64,000 bases of DNA from an uncultured Bacilli bacterium (lineage in GTDB: Bacteria; Bacillota_I; Bacilli_A; ML615J-28; CAG-313): positions 31,595 to 95,594 of the forward strand of contig CAKONV010000006.1 in assembly GCA_934098295.1 (NCBI GenBank), in the 5' to 3' direction. This document shows positions 9,734 through 20,296 of the stretch, one piece after another (within the stretch, counting starts at the first letter, position 1; every line of letters starts with the position of its first letter). The notes beneath the pieces were generated by a model that made no database searches, was not told the DNA's origin, and worked only from the letters and a program-made list of their open reading frames with translations. The translations under genes were made by a program, and so were the position numbers.

Positions 9734-10369
9734 ATGGCTATAATTGAAAAAATTGAAAATATTAAACAACAAGTTTTAAAAATGAGCGATTGTGTTATTG
9801 AAAATATTACCGATGCTATTAGTTTTTATTTAGGTAAAAATAAAATTAAAAGTATTAACGATGATTTAATCGATCAATATGAACGCTTAATTGAAGAAAT
9901 GTGCATAAACGTTCTTTTAAGAGAACGCCTTTATGCCAAAGACTTAAAAGAAGTTACGGGAGTCTTAAAACTAGTATCTGATTTAGAACGTATTGGTGAT
10001 CATGCGGAAGACATTTATAACTTTTCTTTAAAACTAGAAAATTATAAGGAACCAAAAATTTTAGAAATTGAAGGACTTTCCATTTATGTTATGAACATGC
10101 TAAAACAAGCTATGAAAGCTTATATTGATAAAGACTATGATTTAGCTCAAAAAGTTATAAGTGAAGATGATTATGTCGATAATAAATATTTAGAAATTCT
10201 TGAAAAAATTTCGAATAAAAAAAATATTGATCAAGAATACTTACCATTTGCAATTTATACAACGCTTGTGGTAAAATATTTAGAGAGAATTGCTGATCAT
10301 TCCGTAAATATTGCCGAATGGGCAGTCTACATTTCTTCAGGATTTTATAAAGACAAAAATATAATATAA
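9734..10369 (+). CDS. phoU: Phosphate signalling complex protein PhoU
   Basis: It has two PhoU repeats with the E/D-R-I-G/A-DH motifs (DLERIGDHAED and YLERIADHSVN). The start is set at the ATG at 9734 just after the pstB stop; the ORF-track start at 9656 overlaps pstB. Confidence 0.9.
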   Translation: MAIIEKIENIKQQVLKMSDCVIENITDAISFYLGKNKIKSINDDLIDQYERLIEEMCINVLLRERLYAKDLKEVTGVLKLVSDLERIGDHAEDIYNFSLKLENYKEPKILEIEGLSIYVMNMLKQAMKAYIDKDYDLAQKVISEDDYVDNKYLEILEKISNKKNIDQEYLPFAIYTTLVVKYLERIADHSVNIAEWAVYISSGFYKDKNII

Positions 10370-10383
10370 GGTGGTAGTAGAAA

Positions 10384-11052
10384 ATGAAAATGCTAGTATA
10401 TTCAGTAGAAGATGATAGCGATATTGCGTTAATAATCAATAAAACTTTATCAAAACAAGGTTACATCGTTGAAACCTTTAATACCGGAAAAGCTTTTTGG
10501 ACAGCTTTTATTGAAAAAAAACCTAGCATTATTTTATTAGATTTAATGTTACCCGATGAAAGTGGTGTTGAAATCTTAAAGAAGATTAGAAGTAATTCCT
10601 TATATAATAATATTCATATTATTATTGTATCAGCTAAACATATGATTTTAGATAAAGTAGAAGGATTAGATTGTGGAGCTGATGATTATATCGAAAAACC
10701 TTTTGATTTACTAGAACTAATGGCAAGAGTTGATGCTCAAGCTAGAAGAGTAAACAATGATAAAACTTTAAATGTTGGTGACATTTTCTTAGATATCGAT
10801 AAAAGAATCTGTAAATATCAAAATAGGGAAATTGAACTAACAGGAAAAGAATTTGATATCTTAAATGCTTTAGTGACAAATTCACCTAACATTGTTAAAA
10901 GAGAAGAATTATTCGATCTAATTTGGGGTAGCGATAAAATCGTAGAAAGTAGAACTTTAGATATGCATATCAAAAGTTTAAGAAAAAAATTTAATGATGA
11001 TGGGAATCTCATTAAATCAATTTATGGAGTGGGGTATAAATTAAATATATGA
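10384..11052 (+). CDS. phoP: OmpR-family response regulator (PhoP/PhoB-like)
   Basis: It has a receiver domain (VEDD...LLDLMLPDESG...SAK) and a winged-helix C-terminus (LTGKEFDILNAL...GVGYKL). The pst-phoU context supports the call. Confidence 0.8.
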   Translation: MKMLVYSVEDDSDIALIINKTLSKQGYIVETFNTGKAFWTAFIEKKPSIILLDLMLPDESGVEILKKIRSNSLYNNIHIIIVSAKHMILDKVEGLDCGADDYIEKPFDLLELMARVDAQARRVNNDKTLNVGDIFLDIDKRICKYQNREIELTGKEFDILNALVTNSPNIVKREELFDLIWGSDKIVESRTLDMHIKSLRKKFNDDGNLIKSIYGVGYKLNI

Positions 11053-12707
11053 AAAAAAGATTAATTTTAACTAATTCAATTATTGTATCGCTAGCTTTAA
11101 TTATTTTATTAAGTGTATCATGCGTATTAATTAGTAAACAAAACTATGATACTTATAGTAATCAAATTAAAGATTATCTAACAATTGCTACTAAAATATT
11201 TGATGGTAGTAATGAAAAGAAAACCGTAGACATTGTTAAAAAAAGTAATAGTGATATAAGAATAACCATCATTGATACAAATGGTAAAGTTGTTATTGAT
11301 AGTGATGCTACTAATGTTGAAGAAAATCATTTAGAAAGAGAAGAGTTGCAGGGAAGTAATTTAGGAAAAGTATTTAAAAGATATTCAACAACCCTAAAGA
11401 GAGATATGTTATACGTTGCTTCTTTAGATAATGGTTATTATGTAAGAATTGCCTTGCCTGTTGGTAGCGTAAGACATGTGATTAGTCTTTATGTAATTGT
11501 AAGTATCATGGTTTTAATTTTAATTATTATTTTTTCTATCATTCTGATATCTTACGTAAATAAGCTAAGTTTAAATCCAATCAATAAAAATATGAAAAAA
11601 CTAGCTGACCTTACAAGTGATAAAAAAATTAATGATGAGGTATCCATTGATGATTTACCAAGTCTTTTAAATGATATTCATCTTTCTCTAAACAAGAAAA
11701 TTGAACTTATAAATAAACAAAAAGAAGAAATGATTACTTTAATTAATTCTTTAAATCAAGGTTTGATTGTAATTAATAGTGAAGGTATTATTAAAATAAT
11801 TAATAAAAAGTCTTTAGCTATTTTCAATGAAAACTTAGATAATGTAATTGAAAAAAATTACGTCTACTTATTTAGAGACCTTCATTTGCAGGATTTAATT
11901 AAAGATGTCTTAATTAAGAAAAATACCAACAAATATTTACTAAATATGGAATCCCAAATTTATAAATGTGTATTAGTGTTTACGCCTTCCTTTTGGACTA
12001 ATGGCGGTGTTATCATCACGTTAGAAGATGTAACCAAAGAAGAAAATTTAGATAAAATCAAAAGAGATTTCTTTCAAAATGCCTCTCATGAACTAAAATC
12101 ACCACTTACAACAATTATTGGTTATGAACAAATGATTACCGAAGGAATCATTGATGATGAAGAACAAATTAAACAATATTCTTTAAAGACTTTAAAAGAA
12201 GCTAAACGTATGAATAGTATTATCATGGACATGCTAAATTTATCAGCTTTGGAACAAGAAGAAAAAGTTAAAAATAATGATGTTGATTTAAAGAAACTTA
12301 TCCTAGAAATTATTGATTCTTTAAGTCAAAACATGCAAGATAAAAAAATCACCTTAGATACTTTTATTCTAGATACAACTATCAATGGTGATGAAAAACT
12401 TCTTGACGAATTAATTAGAAATTTAATTGATAATGCGATAAAATACAACAAAATAAATGGTAAAATTACGATTTCTTTAAAAAATAATGTTTTAAAAATA
12501 AGTGACACAGGTATCGGTATCAGTGATGAAAATAAACAAAGAGTTTTTGAAAGATTTTACCGTGTCGACAAGGGACGAAGCAAAGAACAAGGGGGAACAG
12601 GCCTAGGGCTTGCCATAGTAAAACATATTTGCGAGTTATATGATTATAAAATCGAATTAGATTCTATTTTAGAAAAAGGAACAACGATTACCATTTATTT
12701 TAAATAA
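11049..12707 (+). CDS. phoR: Sensor histidine kinase (PhoR-like)
   Basis: It has two TM segments, the H-box FFQNASHELKSPLT, the N-box IDNAIKYN and the G-boxes DTGIGI / GGTGLGLAIV. Its start overlaps the phoP stop. Confidence 0.8.
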   Translation: MKKRLILTNSIIVSLALIILLSVSCVLISKQNYDTYSNQIKDYLTIATKIFDGSNEKKTVDIVKKSNSDIRITIIDTNGKVVIDSDATNVEENHLEREELQGSNLGKVFKRYSTTLKRDMLYVASLDNGYYVRIALPVGSVRHVISLYVIVSIMVLILIIIFSIILISYVNKLSLNPINKNMKKLADLTSDKKINDEVSIDDLPSLLNDIHLSLNKKIELINKQKEEMITLINSLNQGLIVINSEGIIKIINKKSLAIFNENLDNVIEKNYVYLFRDLHLQDLIKDVLIKKNTNKYLLNMESQIYKCVLVFTPSFWTNGGVIITLEDVTKEENLDKIKRDFFQNASHELKSPLTTIIGYEQMITEGIIDDEEQIKQYSLKTLKEAKRMNSIIMDMLNLSALEQEEKVKNNDVDLKKLILEIIDSLSQNMQDKKITLDTFILDTTINGDEKLLDELIRNLIDNAIKYNKINGKITISLKNNVLKISDTGIGISDENKQRVFERFYRVDKGRSKEQGGTGLGLAIVKHICELYDYKIELDSILEKGTTITIYFK

Positions 12708-12711
12708 CTAA

Positions 12712-12760
12712 AAAAAAAACTTCACTAGTCTAATATTTATTAGATTGATGAAGTTTTTTT
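12712..12760 (+). terminator. Rho-independent terminator closing the pst-pho unit
   Basis: It is an imperfect long hairpin (AACTTCA...TCTAATA / TATTAGA...TGAAGTT) followed by T7. Confidence 0.65.
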
Positions 12761-12846
12761 AAATATTTTATTATTAAATAGGGATTTATAAGAAATTTAT
12801 GGTATAATCTTAGGTGTGATTTTAAAAGAAGGAAGGAGAATAAAAA

Positions 12847-13683
12847 ATGAAGAAATATTTATTAATAACAATTTTACTAGTGACCTTTTTGTTTGCTAGT
12901 TGTAAAAAAAATTATAGTTTAGGAGGATATTCTAGATATAATTATACAAATAGTGATAAGTATCAAATTCTAAACCAAAACAAAAAATTAAGATTAGAAA
13001 AAGGCGATATCATGAATATTGATATTGATTACCTAACAGGAGATATCAATTTTATCAAAACAAATGAAGATACCATTTCTTTAGAAGAACAAATAAAAGA
13101 AGAAATGCAAGAAAATGATTTATTACATTACTTCTTAGATGAGAAAACTTTAAAACTAAAATATGCTAAAAGTAATAAAAGATATAAAATACCAACTATA
13201 AAAAAAGTTTTAAACATCTATATACCTGAAAATATCGAATTAAAAGAATTAAAGATAACAACAATTAGTGGTGATTTAAATGTTAATGATATTAAACTTA
13301 CCAATTTAAAAGTTGAAACGGTAAGCGGTAATAGTAGTTTTAAAAACCTTTCTTCTAGTAGTTTTGATTTAAATAGTGTTAGTGGAAATATTGAAATTTC
13401 TAATACAATCGTTGAAACAATAGAAATAGAAACGATAAGTGGAACTTGTAACCTTAATAAAAGTACAATTAATAAAGAAGCTAAATTTAATTCTGTTAGT
13501 GGGAGTATCATTTTAAAAGAAATGAATAATGTTAATTATAACATTGTTTTTGGCACCGTATCGGGAGTTTTCTATTCAAAACTAAAATATGATTATAACG
13601 ATGAACATTATGTATTTGGAAATGGTAGTATAAATGTAAAAGTAGAAACAGTTAGTGGCGATTTTAGCTTAAAACAAGGATAA
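12847..13683 (+). CDS. DUF4097-like beta-helical lipoprotein (putative adhesin)
   Basis: It has the lipobox LFASC and repeated (V/I)SG(N/D/T/S)xxx units (ISGDLNV, VSGNSSF, VSGNIEI, ISGTCNL, VSGSIIL, VSGDFSL). Confidence 0.55.
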   Translation: MKKYLLITILLVTFLFASCKKNYSLGGYSRYNYTNSDKYQILNQNKKLRLEKGDIMNIDIDYLTGDINFIKTNEDTISLEEQIKEEMQENDLLHYFLDEKTLKLKYAKSNKRYKIPTIKKVLNIYIPENIELKELKITTISGDLNVNDIKLTNLKVETVSGNSSFKNLSSSSFDLNSVSGNIEISNTIVETIEIETISGTCNLNKSTINKEAKFNSVSGSIILKEMNNVNYNIVFGTVSGVFYSKLKYDYNDEHYVFGNGSINVKVETVSGDFSLKQG

Positions 13684-13688
13684 TAAAT

Positions 13689-14954
13689 ATGATATCAATA
13701 CCAAAAAAATATTATTTAGTAGTTAATGACCGCTTTGAATTATTTTTTAGGGGAGTAATTAGAATGCATAACCCCTATCAATACTATGTAAAAGCAGAAT
13801 GTGTTAAAGGCTTTACGTATAATCGTTATTTTACTTTTACGCCAACTAAAGAAGATATCGGTGAATATGAATTAAGCATTATTGTTTATGATGATGAAGG
13901 ATGTATCATCGAAAAAAAATCTACTACCTTAGTTGTAAATGAAGAAGTTTCTCCAATAAGAAAATTAAATGTTCTTTGTATCGGCGATAGTGAAACCGTT
14001 AATGGTGTGTGGCCTTATGTAGGTTATTCCAAATTTGAAGGAAAATATCCTGATTCCTTAAATTTTATTGGTAAAATGAAAAAAGAAAAAATTGGATTTG
14101 AAGGATATGGTGGTTGGCAATGGAAAACTTTCTTTGATGATGAAAAGGAAAGTAGAATCTCGGAAGTTTGGATAAGTTGTAAACATCACTTAAAAGAAAC
14201 AGATCTTAATAGTATTTGGATGAATGATGAATACGAATGGGTAATTGATGAAATTATGCCATTAAGGGTAAAATTTAGAAGAGGAGACTCTAATACGACC
14301 GTTGTAAATCCTGTTATTTCTTCTATTTTCAAACGGATGTTAAGCAATGAAACGTTAGAAGTTGAAAATTATGAATATGTTAATGCGAATCCTTTTTATA
14401 ATCCTTTAACTAAAGAACTAGATTTTAGATACTATCTTGAAAAGAATAATTTTCCTGAACCCGATTTGATTTTTACCTTTTTAACGGGTAATGGTTTATT
14501 TTTGCCATTTTCTAAAGACTTTGTTCACAAAGAATACGCTCCCAAATTTCTTTCAAAACTTGCAAGTGCATTTCCAAATGCTTTAATTGCAACCATGGGA
14601 ATTGAACTACCTTGTTGTAATGGGGGCGTAACCGCTTGTTATGGTGCTAGTGGATACTATAATGATTGGTATGGTTATGCCATCACGGCTTTTAATTATG
14701 ATGAATGGTTAGAAGACTATACTATAAATAGTAATCTAAAAGATTATTTAACTTATTTTGATGTTAAAAGTCAATTTGATAGTGAATACAACTACCCATA
14801 TATTCTTGCTAATGTTAATAATCGCTCCAATATTAAGGAAAGACTTGGTACTAATGGTCTTCATCCTTCTCTTGATGGTTATCAACAAATAGGCGATGCT
14901 TTTTACCGATTACTAGTTGAAATGATAAAAAAGTATAACAAAAAGAATAAATAA
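13689..14954 (+). CDS. SGNH/GDSL-type hydrolase family protein
   Basis: It has block I (VLCIGDSET) and a block V-like segment (GTNGLHPSLDGYQQIGDAF). Confidence 0.55.
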   Translation: MISIPKKYYLVVNDRFELFFRGVIRMHNPYQYYVKAECVKGFTYNRYFTFTPTKEDIGEYELSIIVYDDEGCIIEKKSTTLVVNEEVSPIRKLNVLCIGDSETVNGVWPYVGYSKFEGKYPDSLNFIGKMKKEKIGFEGYGGWQWKTFFDDEKESRISEVWISCKHHLKETDLNSIWMNDEYEWVIDEIMPLRVKFRRGDSNTTVVNPVISSIFKRMLSNETLEVENYEYVNANPFYNPLTKELDFRYYLEKNNFPEPDLIFTFLTGNGLFLPFSKDFVHKEYAPKFLSKLASAFPNALIATMGIELPCCNGGVTACYGASGYYNDWYGYAITAFNYDEWLEDYTINSNLKDYLTYFDVKSQFDSEYNYPYILANVNNRSNIKERLGTNGLHPSLDGYQQIGDAFYRLLVEMIKKYNKKNK

Positions 14955-14957
14955 AAT

Positions 14958-15005
14958 AAGAACCTAAGCTTTTTAGTTTAATACTAAAACAACTTAGGTT
15001 CTTTT
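14958..15005. terminator. Bidirectional terminator between convergent genes
   Basis: It has an 11-bp stem (AAGAACCTAAG / CTTAGGTTCTT) with an inner hairpin and A/T-rich flanks on both sides. Confidence 0.7.
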
Positions 15006-15014
15006 AAAATATAA

Positions 15015-15653
15015 TTACTTAATTTTACTAATTACATTACTATTTCCAAAAATATAAATATGATCATTTTCTTTGAAAACATAAGAAGCGTCAGGTACTA
15101 AAACAGAACCATTCGATAAAATAGCAATAACATTTATGTTATATTTTTTTCTTAAGTTTAAATCAAGTAAGGTTTTTTCATGCCAACTCCTAGGAACTTC
15201 TATTTCAAAAATACTAAATTTACTAGATATTTTTAGATAGTCTAAAAGATTAGTAGCATTGCACTTTACGGCTATTTTTTCTGCCATATCTTTTTCAGGA
15301 TAAACCGTTTCGTTTGCTCCTGCCATCTTTAAAAATTTTGTTTGAATATCACTATTAGCCTTAGAGATAATATATTTTGCCCCTAATTCTTTTAAATGTG
15401 AAGTTATTTCTAGAGAAGCTTGAAAACTTTGACCAATAGCTACAATGCATGCGTCAAAATTTTTAATTCCTAAGTCATTCAAGACAATTTTATTCATACA
15501 GTCCCCAACATAAACATTCTCAAAATCATTAGATAATACTTCGATAACACTTTTATCATTATCAATGATACATACTTCATTACCCATTTCTTGAAGCTTA
15601 TAAGCTAAATGTTTACCAAATTCACCAATTCCAATAATTAAAAAAGATTTCAT
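15015..15653 (-). CDS. ktrA: K+ uptake system peripheral NAD-binding subunit (KtrA/TrkA-type)
   Basis: It has the Rossmann motif IIGIGEFGKHLA and RCK N and C domains. It lies immediately downstream of the membrane subunit. Confidence 0.8.
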   Translation of the reverse strand: MKSFLIIGIGEFGKHLAYKLQEMGNEVCIIDNDKSVIEVLSNDFENVYVGDCMNKIVLNDLGIKNFDACIVAIGQSFQASLEITSHLKELGAKYIISKANSDIQTKFLKMAGANETVYPEKDMAEKIAVKCNATNLLDYLKISSKFSIFEIEVPRSWHEKTLLDLNLRKKYNINVIAILSNGSVLVPDASYVFKENDHIYIFGNSNVISKIK

Positions 15654-15655
15654 GA

Positions 15656-16996
15656 TTAACCTACCAATACCTTTCCTTCTGGTTTTTCTAATAAAATTTG
15701 TTTACTTTCTTTAAATAAGAGATTAAATAGAGAGAAAGCACCTAATCTACCTATATACATTAAAAAAGTTAAAATTAATTTGGTTGCAATACTGCAATTA
15801 CCAGAAAGGCCTAAACTAAGTCCAACCGTACATAATCCGGATATTACTTCAAATAAGACATTTTCTAAAGAACAATTGCTTTCAATAGCACAAATGATAA
15901 GAGTAGCTAGCAAAGTTAAGATTAAATAAGCTTCTACTAAAGCACTAGATTGTTTAATAATAGTATTGCGAATGCGTCTTTTAAATAAAACAGTATCCTT
16001 TTTTCCCTTAGATAAAAAGATTAGATTAGCGATAACAATTACAATAGTGGTAACTTTTACCCCACCAGCTGTTGACCCTGATGAGCCACCAATAAACATT
16101 AATATTATAGTTAAGAGTTTACCAGAACTTGTTAAATTATTTAAATCAAGAGCATTAAAACCAGCGGTTCTTGGAGTAACCGATAAAAATAGGGAATTAA
16201 GAATTTTATCAGATAAAGAAAGATTAGTAAAACTTCCTAAATTACCAATTTTTGTAAATTCAAAAATGAAATATAATAGGGCTGGGATAATAACTAATAA
16301 ACCATTAAAAACGAGAACAATTTTGGAATGTAGTTCGTATTTTTTAAAATTTAGCCCATGATCTAAGAAATCAGACCAAACAACAAATCCAAGTCCCCCC
16401 ACAAGAATTAATCCCATAATCGTTAAAAGTACAACCCAATCACTTTTAAAATTAATTAATGATACTCCAAATAAATCAAAACCGGCATTACAAAAGGCTG
16501 ATATAGAATGAAATATTCCATAATAGATGGCATCAGATGCCTTCATTGTTTTACTGAAGCAGATTGATAGAATTACTGTTCCGCAAAGCTCAAAGAAGAA
16601 CGTTAAGAAAACAATTCGGCCAATTAATTTGGTAACTCCCGAAATGTTATATCCACCGGCAGATTGCATAAGGACAGTACGATTATAAATACCAATGTTT
16701 TTTTTGAAAATCATAAATATTAGACTAATAATGGTCATAAACCCTAGTCCCCCAATTTGAATTAAACAAACAATAACAATTTGTCCAAACTTAGTCCACG
16801 AAGTTGTTGGAAAGGGAATTAGTCCGGTTACACAAGTTGCACTAGTAGCAGTAAACAAGGCATCATACCAGTGAATTTTATCTTGAGTATTATTAGAAAT
16901 AGGCAACAATAAAAGAAGAGTACCTATAATAATAGTAATAAAATATCCTAAAGACAATAAACCTACAATAGATAGGTGAAATTTTTTCTTTTGCAT
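15656..16996 (-). CDS. ktrB: K+ uptake system membrane subunit (KtrB/TrkH-type)
   Basis: It is a 446-aa polytopic protein with repeated selectivity-filter-like segments (TCVTGL, CNAGFD, RTAGFN, CTVGLS). Confidence 0.8.
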   Translation of the reverse strand: MQKKKFHLSIVGLLSLGYFITIIIGTLLLLLPISNNTQDKIHWYDALFTATSATCVTGLIPFPTTSWTKFGQIVIVCLIQIGGLGFMTIISLIFMIFKKNIGIYNRTVLMQSAGGYNISGVTKLIGRIVFLTFFFELCGTVILSICFSKTMKASDAIYYGIFHSISAFCNAGFDLFGVSLINFKSDWVVLLTIMGLILVGGLGFVVWSDFLDHGLNFKKYELHSKIVLVFNGLLVIIPALLYFIFEFTKIGNLGSFTNLSLSDKILNSLFLSVTPRTAGFNALDLNNLTSSGKLLTIILMFIGGSSGSTAGGVKVTTIVIVIANLIFLSKGKKDTVLFKRRIRNTIIKQSSALVEAYLILTLLATLIICAIESNCSLENVLFEVISGLCTVGLSLGLSGNCSIATKLILTFLMYIGRLGAFSLFNLLFKESKQILLEKPEGKVLVG

Positions 16997-17130
16997 TTTT
17001 TTCCTCCGTACCTATTATAGCACAATTTATTTAAAAAGCAATTTTTTAAATTTTTTATCTAAAAAAATAGCACACATTTTAAGCAAAAATAGTATACTAA
17101 AGTAAGATGTAAAAAAAAGGAAGTAAAAAT

Positions 17131-18030
17131 ATGATTTATAATAGTCCCTTAGAATTAATTGGTAAAACGCCAATTGTTAAAATAAATGATTTTTATGGCT
17201 TTAATAATTTATACGTAAAGATTGAAAAATTTAACCTAGCGGGCTCTATTAAAGATAGAGTAGCTTTATGTATAATTGAAAATGCCATTAAAAGTGGAAA
17301 AATTAATGAAGAAACAACAGTAATTGAAGCTACGAGCGGTTCTATGGGAATAGCCTTAGCATCTATTTGTGCCCTTAAAAATTTAAAATGTATAATTGTT
17401 ATGCCCTCTTCCATGTCTAAAGAAAGAATAAGTTTATTAAAGGCTTATGGAGCAACGGTTTTTTTAACAGGAAAAGAGGGTGGCATGAAGGAAGCAATTT
17501 CTAAAGTGAGCGAACTTTCTAAAAAATATAATAATAGTTTTATACCTTCACAATTTGATAATCCTGATTCGATTTTTACTCACTATACAACCACCGCAAG
17601 AGAAATTTATCAAGATTTAAACAATGTAGAATGTGTAGTATGTGGAATTGGTAGTGGGGGTAGTATTAGTGGAATTGGAAAATATTTAAAAGAAAAAAAT
17701 AAGGATATTAAAATAATTGGCGTTGAACCATCATCTTCACCACTTATAAGTAAAAAAATAGTAGGTAAACATAAAATTGAAGGGATTGGAGCAAATTTTA
17801 TTCCTCAAAACTTTAAAGCTAAATATGTTGATGAAATTGCCCTAGTTAGTGATGATGAAGCTATTAATTGTTCAAAAATGATGGCAAGAAAAAAAGGCTT
17901 ACTAGTTGGTATTAGTTCAGGGGCCGTACTAGCCGTAGCTAAAAGATATTGTTCAAAATTTAAGAATGTCGTAGCAATTTTACCTGATGGTGGCGAAAGA
18001 TATTTATCCGTAGAAGGTTTTATTGATTGA
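17131..18030 (+). CDS. cysK: Cysteine synthase A (O-acetylserine sulfhydrylase)
   Basis: It has the PLP-lysine motif AGSIKDR and the [10 protein letters not shown] and [10 protein letters not shown] loops. Confidence 0.9.
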   Translation: MIYNSPLELIGKTPIVKINDFYGFNNLYVKIEKFNLAGSIKDRVALCIIENAIKSGKINEETTVIEATSGSMGIALASICALKNLKCIIVMPSSMSKERISLLKAYGATVFLTGKEGGMKEAISKVSELSKKYNNSFIPSQFDNPDSIFTHYTTTAREIYQDLNNVECVVCGIGSGGSISGIGKYLKEKNKDIKIIGVEPSSSPLISKKIVGKHKIEGIGANFIPQNFKAKYVDEIALVSDDEAINCSKMMARKKGLLVGISSGAVLAVAKRYCSKFKNVVAILPDGGERYLSVEGFID

Positions 18031-18749
18031 AATTATGTAAGAAAAGTATCAATAATCTTTTAAAAGAATTCTTAAATTATTTATATCCAACTTATTATTT
18101 TTCTAAAAGAACAAGAAAAAGAAAATTAAAACATGAATTAACAAAAATTTTTAAAAAATTAAAAGTAAAAGAATATAAGGTCGACACCTTTATAACATTT
18201 CTTGATCAATTAAAAGAAAACCAAAAAGAAGATTTAAAAAACTTTAAAGAAAAAGACCCGGCTTGTAACAGTTATGAAGAAGTTATTCTTTCTTATCCGG
18301 GCTTTTTGGCCATTATGGTTTATCGAATTGCTCATGAATTAGATCAAAATAAAGTTTCGCTCTTACCAAGAACTCTAAGTGAAATTGCCCATAATATTAC
18401 AGGTATCGATATTCATCCTTCTGCTACCATTGGCAAACATTTTTTCATTGATCATGGAACCGGAATTGTAATTGGGGAAACTTCTTGGATAGGAGATAAT
18501 GTTGCTGTTTATCATGGGGTTACACTGGGAGCTTTAAGCTTAAGCAACACCAAAGATTTAATTGGTAAGAAAAGACATCCTACCATCGGTAACAATGTTA
18601 CCATTTATGCCAATGCGACCATTCTTGGTGGTAAAACAATTATTGGTGATAATACTATTATTGGCAGTAATGTTTTAATAACGAAATCTATTCCTTCAAA
18701 CATGGTAGTAAAGTTAAAAAATGATAATTATGAAATAGTAAAAAAATAA
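18027..18749 (+). CDS. cysE: Serine O-acetyltransferase
   Basis: It has the left-handed beta-helix hexapeptide region [41 protein letters not shown]. The TTG start overlaps the cysK TGA stop. Confidence 0.85.
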   Translation: MKLCKKSINNLLKEFLNYLYPTYYFSKRTRKRKLKHELTKIFKKLKVKEYKVDTFITFLDQLKENQKEDLKNFKEKDPACNSYEEVILSYPGFLAIMVYRIAHELDQNKVSLLPRTLSEIAHNITGIDIHPSATIGKHFFIDHGTGIVIGETSWIGDNVAVYHGVTLGALSLSNTKDLIGKKRHPTIGNNVTIYANATILGGKTIIGDNTIIGSNVLITKSIPSNMVVKLKNDNYEIVKK

Positions 18750-18817
18750 TTTAGCTAATATTTTAAAAAATAATTTATAAATTGATATAATAACTAAAAG
18801 AATGAGGAAAAAAGAAA

Positions 18818-19405
18818 ATGAAAAACTACATAGAAATGTTAGAAGAAATAAAACAATATCAACCAAAAGAAAATAGTTTTGAAGAAGTAGAAAAAGAAGC
18901 CATCTTAAAATTTTTAGAAACTTATCAAGAATTTGCTTTTGACCGTAATAATTTAATTGCTCATATGACTAGTTCGGCCATTATTATAAATAAAGATAAG
19001 ACCAAAGTATTATTTGCCTATCATTTAATCTATAAGTCATTTGGTTGGTTGGGTGGACATGCTGACAATGAATTTGATTTATATGAAGTAGCAAAAAAAG
19101 AATTAAAAGAAGAAAGTGGCCTAGTACACTTTAAGGAATATTCTAAAAAACCAATTTCTTTGGAAATTCTTCCCGTTTATGCTCACATAAAAAAAGGAAA
19201 GAAAGTACCAACACACCTACACTTGAATGTTACTTATGTTTTTATCGGTGATGAAACTGATTCTTTAACAATAAAAAAAGATGAAAACAATGCGGTAACT
19301 TGGATTAATATAAACGAAATAGATAAACTCGTCACTGAAGAAGAGATGAAGGGTGTCTATAAAAAAATCCTAGATAAAATAAAAGTTAGCAACTATGTTA
19401 GTTAA
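18818..19405 (+). CDS. NUDIX hydrolase
   Basis: It has the Nudix box GGHADNEFDLYEVAKKELKEESGL. Confidence 0.8.
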   Translation: MKNYIEMLEEIKQYQPKENSFEEVEKEAILKFLETYQEFAFDRNNLIAHMTSSAIIINKDKTKVLFAYHLIYKSFGWLGGHADNEFDLYEVAKKELKEESGLVHFKEYSKKPISLEILPVYAHIKKGKKVPTHLHLNVTYVFIGDETDSLTIKKDENNAVTWININEIDKLVTEEEMKGVYKKILDKIKVSNYVS

Positions 19406-19418
19406 TGCTAACTTTTTT
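19383..19418 (+). terminator. Rho-independent terminator overlapping the end of the NUDIX gene
   Basis: The stem AAGTTAGC / GCTAACTT is followed by a T-run. Confidence 0.6.
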
Positions 19419-19484
19419 GGTATAAACAAGCAATTTTTGTATATAATTAGTGAAAAAATGGTAAAATATATATAGAGGAAAGAT

Positions 19485-20285
19485 ATGGACTTTAAACGAA
19501 CAAACACAAAAATATCATTATTAGAAGATTATTATTCACATTTTAATGAAGATCATCGCTTAAAAACTCGTCATGGTATGGTCGAATTTGTTACATCAAC
19601 TAAGTATATTTTAGAATATTTAAATGATGACTTTAGTAAAAAAATTCTTGATGTTGGTGCTGGTACTGGTGCTTACAGCATTTATTTTTCAGAAAAAGGA
19701 TATGATGTAACAGCTGTTGAATTAGTAGAACACAACATTGAAATATTCAAAAAGAAAAACAGCAAAGCTAAGATTTTTAAAGGCAATGCTATGGATTTAT
19801 CAATGTTTGCTGATTCTTCTTTTGAAGTAGTTTTATTATTTGGACCTATGTATCATCTTCTTTTGGAAAGTGAAAAACTAAAAGCCTTAGAAGAAGCCAA
19901 AAGAGTTGTCAAAAAAAATGGTCGCATATTCGTGAGTTATTATATGAACGACTATGCTATTTTAACGTATGGTTTTATAAAAAAACATATTTTAGAATCC
20001 ATTGAAGAAGGTAGAGTCGATAAGAACTACCACATGCAAAATTTAAAAGATGATTTATACTCAATGGTAAGAATTGAAGACATTGATAAATTTAATAAAC
20101 TTACCCTTTTAAAACGTGAAAAAATTATAGCTAGTGATGGCGCTAGTAATTATATTAGAGTTGCCCTAAATGCTTTAAGTGAAGAAGAATTCAAAGAATA
20201 CATTAAGTATCATCTTTCGATATGTGAAAGATATGATATGTTAGGTGCTAGTGCTCATTTGTTAGATATCGTTTATAAAGAATGA
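19485..20285 (+). CDS. Class I SAM-dependent methyltransferase
   Basis: It has motif I (ILDVGAGTGAYSIYF), the acidic motif-II end (VTAVEL) and LLFGPMYHL. Confidence 0.75.
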   Translation: MDFKRTNTKISLLEDYYSHFNEDHRLKTRHGMVEFVTSTKYILEYLNDDFSKKILDVGAGTGAYSIYFSEKGYDVTAVELVEHNIEIFKKKNSKAKIFKGNAMDLSMFADSSFEVVLLFGPMYHLLLESEKLKALEEAKRVVKKNGRIFVSYYMNDYAILTYGFIKKHILESIEEGRVDKNYHMQNLKDDLYSMVRIEDIDKFNKLTLLKREKIIASDGASNYIRVALNALSEEEFKEYIKYHLSICERYDMLGASAHLLDIVYKE

Positions 20286-20296
20286 AAGGAAAAGAA

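Noticed and set aside
15966-16361. The ORF track lists a 131-aa plus-strand ORF inside ktrB. Similar antisense ORFs lie inside copA (21223-21723), tig (35363-35635), rnr (40801-41043) and other genes.
   Set aside because: All are fully nested antisense to strongly supported genes, lack RBSs and have no recognisable motifs. They are typical shadow ORFs of AT-rich coding DNA.
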